A stretch of DNA of 20,000 nt, from positions 46,303 to 66,302 of the forward strand of contig JAJRTR010000052.1 in NCBI GenBank assembly GCA_024278215.1, given 5' to 3'. Source of the stretch: a bacterium (lineage in GTDB: Bacteria; UBP15; UBA6099; JAJRTR01). Below are positions 10,132 to 16,468 of the stretch, piece by piece; position 1 is the first letter of the stretch; each line of letters begins with the position of its first letter. The translations under genes and the position numbers were made by a program. The notes beneath the pieces were generated by a model that did no database searches, was not told the origin of the DNA, and worked only from the letters and a program-made list of their open reading frames with translations.

Positions 10132-10540
10132 AAAGCGCTCTCCCTTACCGTCACGCGACAGGTTCTGTGTTTAGTATTAGTTATTAAAACTGTGCGTTTT
10201 TCGATATCGTGTGTAAATTTCGTGGACATGACCGGGATTTGCCCTTATCGTGTCCCCGGAAATACAATTGCCTTTTACAAAAACGCACAAGTTTCAGTTA
10301 GTTACGCATTACGGTAATACTTTGACATGTGAGCGCCAGCCTGAAAGCAAACTCCTCGGGGTTAGCATACCCCGGAATGCAACACTTTAAACATGACGGC
10401 ACAATTAACTAATTGTCAAAACCAACAGCACACTATGTGTACCGTACGCCGCCCAATACATAAATATAGTAGTAGTTTTTTGCTTCAATATATACCAATC
10501 CACAGACTGCACGTGAACGTTATATAAATCCACTATTCTT

Positions 10541-10569
10541 TATATCGGAATTATTAAGAAAAAGTTTAG
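10541..10569 (-). promoter_or_regulatory. Sigma28 (FliA/SigD) promoter oriented toward the flagellin gene
   Basis: Minus strand reads CTAAA-ctttttcttaataatt-CCGATATA, i.e. TAAA-N15-TCCGATAT versus consensus TAAA-N15-GCCGATAW. Confidence 0.8.
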
Positions 10570-10933
10570 TATTTATTTCAAAAAGTGTTGCTTACCAGCC
10601 AATTGCAAATTATGTTTGCAGCGAGAGAACGGACGGAATTGCTCCGGGCAAGACGGATGCAAAGAAACGCAATGTCCACGACATGCTCCCGAAAGTGGCG
10701 TGGCCCGCATATTTCATAAATCCGGGGTACCCCTGGGAGGACGACTTTACGGTAAAGTTTTGTCGCCGATCAGGTTTTTATGGATACGGGAGATCTCAGC
10801 TTGCGTGTTCCGGATGAGAGCCTCGGAACGATGAAAAGCGGGTTCCGGTTCTCATCTCATTTCCAGAGATCGGCAGCGATGTAATAACGGATGAGACTTT
10901 CCCACTCGCCGACAAGCATATATAATCTGCACT

Positions 10934-12565
10934 ATGACAAGACGATATGGTTCCAACAGGAGACCGCCTGCAGGACGAGGCGGCGCTTCGTTTGCCCCCC
11001 GCTACAAAGCGGGCGCGACCAATAAGGACCACCGCGGCGATGAAATCGCAGGCGGGCGCGTTTCCAATGTTACCGAACTGCCGAAGGAAGACGCGGGCCT
11101 GCAAAGCCGCATCGAGCTGTACGAGTTCCAGTTGCGCAACCTCAGGCGCGAACTCGAACAGATAAAAATGCAGTCCATAATTGAAAACCTTGGTGGAGAA
11201 AGCGCCACCTGGCTCACCAGTGACTGCCCGGAGCCCGACTTCGACGACGATCTTTTCGACCGGGTTCTTGACTTCTCTGATCTTGACGGAAATGCTTCGT
11301 ACAACGAGATCTGCGAATATGCGGCGCACGGTTACGAGGAAGTCGACGCGCCCGAACCGGCGCTACTGCCCGCGACTACCCGTCGCAATTCCTTCCCCGG
11401 CATGACTCCCGACGCGACCGCCGCTGTTTTTAAATTGTCCGCCATGCTTTCTGAAGCGGAAACAAGGAACCGCGTGCAGGAAATCCTGATCCATCATCTT
11501 TCCGAAAAATTAAAACATACGCTGTCGGACCCGCGACCGGCACTCGCCTGTCATCTCCATGACAGGCTCGAGCCCGCTACTGTGCCGGCGGAAGCGGCTC
11601 CGCCGGAAAACAAACATAATGCCGTCCCCGATGAATTCGACGACATGCGCTTACTGGAACAGAATAATCAGCCTGTATACCTGTTCGAACTCGCTCATGC
11701 CGCGGAAATAATAATGGAAATGGAACAGCGGACAGCAGACATGCGGGAAGTGATCGAACATTCCGAAGAAGTCTGCACGCGCCTTATGGAAGAAAATGGC
11801 GCACTGGCGGCGTCGAACTCCGATTTGCGTGACCAGCTCGCGGATTTCCACAAACATATTGACCGCCATTTCTCGGAACAGCTGGAATTGATGCGGCAAC
11901 ACATGGAAGCGGAGTTCGCGAAAAAACGGGAAAATCTCGAAATGGAATTCGAGAAACTCCTCGACATGGAACGCGACTGGCGCCTTGAAATACAGAACCG
12001 TGCAGACCTCGCATCCGAAGAAGCGATAAGGTTGAAAACGGAACTTGACGAACAGAATAAACAGGTGGAAAAACTGCTTGATGAAAATGCCTACTTCCGG
12101 GTTCTCGTGCATGAATTGAAAAGGGGTGCAGACAATAGGACCGGCGCGCCGCAGAGGGAAACAGGTGCTATTCGCCCGGAAGAAGTACATGTCGAGGAGA
12201 TAGAGAAACTGATCGAAGTGCAGCCCGTGCCGCTCGATGTCTTCAAAAAGCAACTCGAAGAAGTGCTCGACGCGGCGAAGGACAACATCAACCTTGAAAC
12301 GCTACTGAGACTGCGGAAAACAATTATTCATTCGCGAAGAGCCGACGACGGAATAAACGCACTGTTGAGGTTGCTCGAAACAGACGGGAACCACGCGCTT
12401 CTGCCGTCTGTCTGTGTGCTTATCGGCGAACTATACATGACGACCGGCAGGATGGAAGAGGCGGAATATTATCTTTCGCACCCGCTGGCGGGAAACGATG
12501 CCACGGCACAGGCGCTAATGAAAAATATTCCGATGGACAGGCTGGAGAAGCGCTCCCGACAGTAA
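10934..12565 (+). CDS. Hypothetical protein with long coiled coil and C-terminal helical (TPR-like) segment
   Basis: 543-aa ORF; E/L/K/R-rich heptad region in the middle; C-terminal LIGELYMTTGRMEEAEYYL resembles a TPR helix pair. Start uncertain. Confidence 0.75.
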   Translation: MTRRYGSNRRPPAGRGGASFAPRYKAGATNKDHRGDEIAGGRVSNVTELPKEDAGLQSRIELYEFQLRNLRRELEQIKMQSIIENLGGESATWLTSDCPEPDFDDDLFDRVLDFSDLDGNASYNEICEYAAHGYEEVDAPEPALLPATTRRNSFPGMTPDATAAVFKLSAMLSEAETRNRVQEILIHHLSEKLKHTLSDPRPALACHLHDRLEPATVPAEAAPPENKHNAVPDEFDDMRLLEQNNQPVYLFELAHAAEIIMEMEQRTADMREVIEHSEEVCTRLMEENGALAASNSDLRDQLADFHKHIDRHFSEQLELMRQHMEAEFAKKRENLEMEFEKLLDMERDWRLEIQNRADLASEEAIRLKTELDEQNKQVEKLLDENAYFRVLVHELKRGADNRTGAPQRETGAIRPEEVHVEEIEKLIEVQPVPLDVFKKQLEEVLDAAKDNINLETLLRLRKTIIHSRRADDGINALLRLLETDGNHALLPSVCVLIGELYMTTGRMEEAEYYLSHPLAGNDATAQALMKNIPMDRLEKRSRQ

Positions 12566-12616
12566 CCTGTGCCACGCGCGATCCCGCCTGCGTCCGGACG
12601 ATAATACATACAAACT

Positions 12617-13627
12617 ATGGCGATCCCCGACACAAAAAACCGAACCGCCGCGATAATACCGAATTATAACGGCGCAAAGTTTTTGCGACCATGCCTCGAC
12701 GCGCTCCTCGCACAGGAGCCTTCACTGCCTGACATTATCGTCGTGGACAACTGCTCGACAGACGATTCCGTGGAGATCGTCAAAAACGAATATCCCGGAG
12801 TTCATCTCATAGCGATGGAAACGAACGCGGGTTTTGCGAAGGCGGTAAACCGCGGCATCAGGGCGTGTGGACATGAATACGTCGCGCTGGTGAACAACGA
12901 CACGGAAGTGTGGCCGGGCTGGCTGGCGGCGCTCGAGAGGTTCCTCGACGAGAATCAGGATGCCGCCGCCTGTGCCCCCAAAGTCATTTTCCATACAGGT
13001 GAAAACAGGCTGGATTCCGCCGGCGACGCTATTACTCCCTATGGTTTTGTATACAAGATCGGGCACTTCGAAATTGACGAAGGCCGGTACGACAGCGTGC
13101 GTGAAGTCTTCGCTGTTTCCGCCGTCGCCACGATTTACCGCAGGTGCATGTTCGATGATGTCGGGTTTTTCGAAGAAGAATTCTTTGCCTATTATGAGGA
13201 TGTCGACCTGTGTTTCCGAGCACGGCTCGTCGGAAAGAAATTCTATTACAATCCCGCCGCCGTTACATTTCATCACTATTCGGCGACATCCGGCAGCAAG
13301 ATGAAACTCGGCACGGAAGAAGTATACATACACCTGACGGGCACCTGGATAAAAAACGTGCCGCGCAGGATGTTCATAAGGCATTTCCCCTCGATATTGT
13401 TGTTTCACTCTGTGATCTTCGCCGCCGTCGCCACCGCGCGACTCAGAACAAAAGCACGCCTGCCGCGCGTACCGGTTTTTCGCCTGCTGCGCACTATGCT
13501 GCGAAAAAGAAAAACTGTGCAGGCGGCGGCAACAGCGACAACCGCCGAGTTGGAAAAGATCATGTCGCCTGTCTCCGTATGGCAGGCGCTCGGCACCCGG
13601 TTTATGAAAAGCATAGGGAGAAGTTGA
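12617..13627 (+). CDS. Glycosyltransferase family 2 (GT-A fold, rhamnosyltransferase-like)
   Basis: IIPNYNG, IIVVDNCSTDDS, NAGFAKAVNRG, ALVNNDT (DxD-equivalent), VGFFEEEFFAYYEDVDLCFRA. Confidence 0.93.
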   Translation: MAIPDTKNRTAAIIPNYNGAKFLRPCLDALLAQEPSLPDIIVVDNCSTDDSVEIVKNEYPGVHLIAMETNAGFAKAVNRGIRACGHEYVALVNNDTEVWPGWLAALERFLDENQDAAACAPKVIFHTGENRLDSAGDAITPYGFVYKIGHFEIDEGRYDSVREVFAVSAVATIYRRCMFDDVGFFEEEFFAYYEDVDLCFRARLVGKKFYYNPAAVTFHHYSATSGSKMKLGTEEVYIHLTGTWIKNVPRRMFIRHFPSILLFHSVIFAAVATARLRTKARLPRVPVFRLLRTMLRKRKTVQAAATATTAELEKIMSPVSVWQALGTRFMKSIGRS

Positions 13628-13817
13628 GTAAAGACAACATTGCAGCCATGTGATGCAGGATAGCGGGTTCCTGTTCAGTTCCGGCTATGCCGTGTCGGGA
13701 AGCGCGACCGGGGTTTGCCATTGAATTGCGCATCGTGTCGATTGTTGAAAAACGAAGCTGTGGAAGCGGATAATAACAATACAACAGTAATGTGTCACAA
13801 GGAAAGGCGACGGGACA

Positions 13818-14633
13818 ATGGATGAAAAGAAAGCCCCCGCAGAAGTAAAGGAAGAAGTTCGCAGGTACTGGGACCGCCGTGCGTGTGGCACGGAACACGG
13901 CAAATCCGAAAAGTTCAGCCGCGAATATTTCGACGAGATCGAAGAGAAAAGATACTCCATCGAGAAGGAAATCTTTTCGTTTGCGGAGTTTACGAGATTT
14001 CACGGGAAAAGAGTGCTCGAGGTGGGCGTCGGAGCGGGCAGCGACTTCACGCAGTGGGTGCGGGCAGGCGCTGAAGCATACGGTGTCGATCTGACACAGG
14101 AAGCAGTCGATCATGTGAAACACCGTCTGGCGGTCTATGGCCTCGAAGCCGCGGATTTCAAAGTTTCGGACGCCGAAAACCTGCCGTTCGAGGATAATTT
14201 CTTCGACCTTGTCTACTCGTGGGGCGTCATCCACCACACACCCGACACGGAAAAGGCATTCTCCGAAATCGTGCGGGTGACAAAACCGGGCGGCAGAATA
14301 AAACTCATGCTTTATAACCGCCGCTCGCTCTGGGCGTTCTGGCTCTGGGCACAACACGCGCTGCTGAAGGGCAGGCCGTTCCAGAGCTTCGGAAAAGTTA
14401 TCTATTACCACATGGAAAGCCTCGGCACAAAGGCATACACACGAAAGGAAGTGCGCGCGATGGCAGCCGCGCACCCTGTCGGAATAACCCGCATCCGCAC
14501 TCCGGTCAACGAATATGAACTTTACAAATACAAACCCGTTTTGAGGACAATCGCATACCTGCTCGCCTGCATATTCGGATTCGAAACCGCCGGCTGGTTT
14601 ATGATGATCGACTATGTGAAAGAAAGTGAATAG
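13818..14633 (+). CDS. Class I SAM-dependent methyltransferase
   Basis: Motif I VLEVGVGAG, GVDLT, DAENLPFEDNFFDLVYSWGVIHH, RVTKPGG. Confidence 0.93.
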   Translation: MDEKKAPAEVKEEVRRYWDRRACGTEHGKSEKFSREYFDEIEEKRYSIEKEIFSFAEFTRFHGKRVLEVGVGAGSDFTQWVRAGAEAYGVDLTQEAVDHVKHRLAVYGLEAADFKVSDAENLPFEDNFFDLVYSWGVIHHTPDTEKAFSEIVRVTKPGGRIKLMLYNRRSLWAFWLWAQHALLKGRPFQSFGKVIYYHMESLGTKAYTRKEVRAMAAAHPVGITRIRTPVNEYELYKYKPVLRTIAYLLACIFGFETAGWFMMIDYVKESE

Positions 14634-14660
14634 CAGGCTGAATGAAAGTTATCGTATACC

Positions 14661-14860
14661 GGGGCCATGACCGGAACCGGTGTGGACGAGTGTGAGTGCG
14701 ATGACAGCGGGAACGATGAAACGACCGATGTTTTGTCCCGATTGAAGTGCCCATCAACGAGTGTGAGTGCAATGACAGCTGGAACGATGAAACTGCGTGT
14801 GACGTGCTCAAACCGCATTTGTTTGGGCACGAAAATGCGGCTTTTGGGTTCCGGCTGCGC
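14661..14860. repeat. Composite REP/MITE-like repeat element
   Basis: Terminal inverted CCGGAACC (14671-14678) / GGTTCCGG (14847-14854); internal 37-bp direct repeat (14686-14722, 14757-14793, 2 mismatches); 37-bp core shared in inverted orientation with 7104-7140. Confidence 0.7.
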
Positions 14861-14951
14861 CGGGTCAGGCTTACCCCGCATATTTCACCAATGCGGGCTA
14901 TGTCCAATTGCAGCCGACCGCAGCAGAATCAGACTTTTGCAAATGGCTCTA

Positions 14952-14980
14952 TTGAACGAATGATGAATGCAATCTATAAT
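14952..14980 (+). promoter_or_regulatory. Putative sigma70 promoter upstream of the DUF151 gene
   Basis: TTGAAC-N17-TATAAT. Confidence 0.55.
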
Positions 14981-15029
14981 GTGTTATTATTGAACTTGTG
15001 CGTTCAACATGTTTATTACGCATAAGCAG

Positions 15030-15105
15030 GAGATTCTTCATGTCCGTCTCGGAATGACACACTTCCATCACGCAGGTGGTAATGCTGAAAGAAGTGAAGC
15101 ATCTC
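15030..15105. repeat. Pair of degenerate GTCAT/ATGAC-type REP-like units
   Basis: GAGATTCTTCA...CGGAATGAC (15030-15058) and GTAATGCTGAAAGAAGTGAAGCATCTC (15079-15105) are loosely inverted and resemble the widespread GTCATxCTGAxCGAAGxGAAGxATCTC intergenic repeat. Confidence 0.55.
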
Positions 15106-15169
15106 GCTTTTCAAAAACGTAAAGGTCCGGATTTTGAATGAACCGGTAAAGATCGGGTGGTTCAGGAAA

Positions 15170-15670
15170 GTGAATGAAGATTTTGTATTATGTGTAGTTC
15201 ACTGTGTGCGTTTCGATGTTTTCAATAAGGTTCCGGTCGTTCTCCTCAAGGATGTTGAAGGCGACAGGTATCTGCCGATATGGATCGGGATGTTCGAAGC
15301 CACACAGATCGAGATTGCGCTGGAAAAAGTCTCCGTTCCCCGGCCGATGAGCCATGATCTCATGAAATCCATACTGGAAACATTCCACTTGAGCGCGGAA
15401 TCGGTGAGGATTCATGATATAATAGATGGAACATTTCACGCGAAGATCATGGTGAAAAACACATCGGGCGCGGACGGCAATGAGCCTGTGGAAGTCGACG
15501 CGAGGCCAAGTGACGCCATCGCTCTTTCGCTGAGAACCGACACACCGATATATGTCGCGCGAAAAATAATAGACGAAGCGGCGATTGTCGGCAAGGTGCC
15601 GGATGACGATGAAATGCAGAAATTCAAAGAATTCCTTTCCGACATCAAGCCCGGCGACTTCCGGGACTGA
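15170..15670 (+). CDS. Bifunctional nuclease domain protein (DUF151/BFN family)
   Basis: PVVLLKD...RYLPIWIGMFEA, RPMSHDL, FHAKI, VDARPSDAIALSLRTDTPIYV, FKEFLSDIKPGDF. GTG 15170 after AGGA preferred over TTG 15134. Confidence 0.92.
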   Translation: MNEDFVLCVVHCVRFDVFNKVPVVLLKDVEGDRYLPIWIGMFEATQIEIALEKVSVPRPMSHDLMKSILETFHLSAESVRIHDIIDGTFHAKIMVKNTSGADGNEPVEVDARPSDAIALSLRTDTPIYVARKIIDEAAIVGKVPDDDEMQKFKEFLSDIKPGDFRD

Positions 15671-15731
15671 CTAAAGGCAATCCTGGAAATAGAAAGCTCA
15701 AGTGGACGCTATATAACTCAAGGAGTAGACC

Positions 15732-15926
15732 ATGTCTGTACAACCGGCTTCTTCACCAAATGACTATTATGGAGCATGGGGCGCGGCGCTCGCCCAGATA
15801 CTGTTTAATATGAGAGCGACAGCCGAGGTGCTCGCAGGCACTTATGACGAGATGGAAAAACACCAGGCACGCGCTCGCGAGACTTCATGGGAGCAAAACA
15901 TCTACAGAGTTGACATCCGGATTTAA
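15732..15926 (+). CDS. Small hypothetical protein (64 aa)
   Basis: Strong RBS AAGGAG 6 nt before ATG; same strand as neighbours; plausible helical composition. Confidence 0.65.
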   Translation: MSVQPASSPNDYYGAWGAALAQILFNMRATAEVLAGTYDEMEKHQARARETSWEQNIYRVDIRI

Positions 15927-16224
15927 GGGCCGCGAAGGAATATGACCGGAGTCCCCCTTCGGCTCTTTCCATCTCATGCGGCGGCTCCGCGCGCAACACA
16001 TTTTTCGTTCTCCGTTCATTATCAAATTCGGCGGCAGCACTTCTTTATGTCCCAATTGCTTCAATTAAACAGATAAATGTATTACCATAGTGGCTGAACG
16101 AAAACCCTAAAAGGACTATGGATAAAGGAATAATTGGCGAAAAGAGCAAACGAAGATCGGCAGAAAATATCAGGTACAAATACGAGGAAGACAGTTGTAA
16201 TCGCATGTAAGCGATGTATGGCGT

Positions 16225-16253
16225 TTGAAAAAACGCAATCTTCGCAATAAAAT
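16225..16253 (+). promoter_or_regulatory. Putative sigma70 promoter for the SepRS leader/gene
   Basis: TTGAAA-N17-TAAAAT; predicted TSS about 16260 coincides with the 5' end of a long stem. Confidence 0.6.
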
Positions 16254-16260
16254 CTTGAAA

Positions 16261-16422
16261 AGTGGTTGAGCGAAAAACTGATCCGTTAAGCCGGAATGTG
16301 TGAAAAGTGTTCGATATCGAGGCAGACGAAGGAGGCAATGCAACGCATTGTTGACTGAGGATAACGAAGATAGCGGGCAATTTGCGCACATCCCGGCAGG
16401 AGCAGGTTTCCGTTCAACCACT
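16261..16422 (+). ncRNA. Putative ~162-nt rod-shaped structured RNA (5' leader or co-transcribed ncRNA)
   Basis: Nested pairings AGUGGUUGAGCG/CGUUCAACCACU, GCCGGAAUGUG/CACAUCCCGGC, UGUUCG/CGGGCA, UAUC/GAUA, CAG/CUG, GGCAAUGC/GCAUUGUU. Most non-Watson-Crick positions are G-U on the + strand. Confidence 0.5.
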
Positions 16423-16468
16423 ACCATAAATATCTGGCGACAAAATACAGGATTGCGAAGGCTGAACT

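Noticed and set aside
10140-10255. c-di-GMP-I (GEMM) riboswitch in the flagellin leader, suggested by minus-strand CACGATAAGGGCAAA and AATACTAAAC
   Set aside because: The following GNRA-capped P2 stem, GACGCAAAG junction and P3 are not present in the correct order.
16331-16358. uORF MQRIVD after GGAGG
   Set aside because: SD-ATG spacing is only 2 nt and the ATG is buried in the apical hairpin.
15927-16468. T-box riboswitch or tRNA-Cys upstream of the synthetase gene
   Set aside because: No GGTGGNACC T-box motif, no terminator/antiterminator pair and no cloverleaf with a T-loop could be found.
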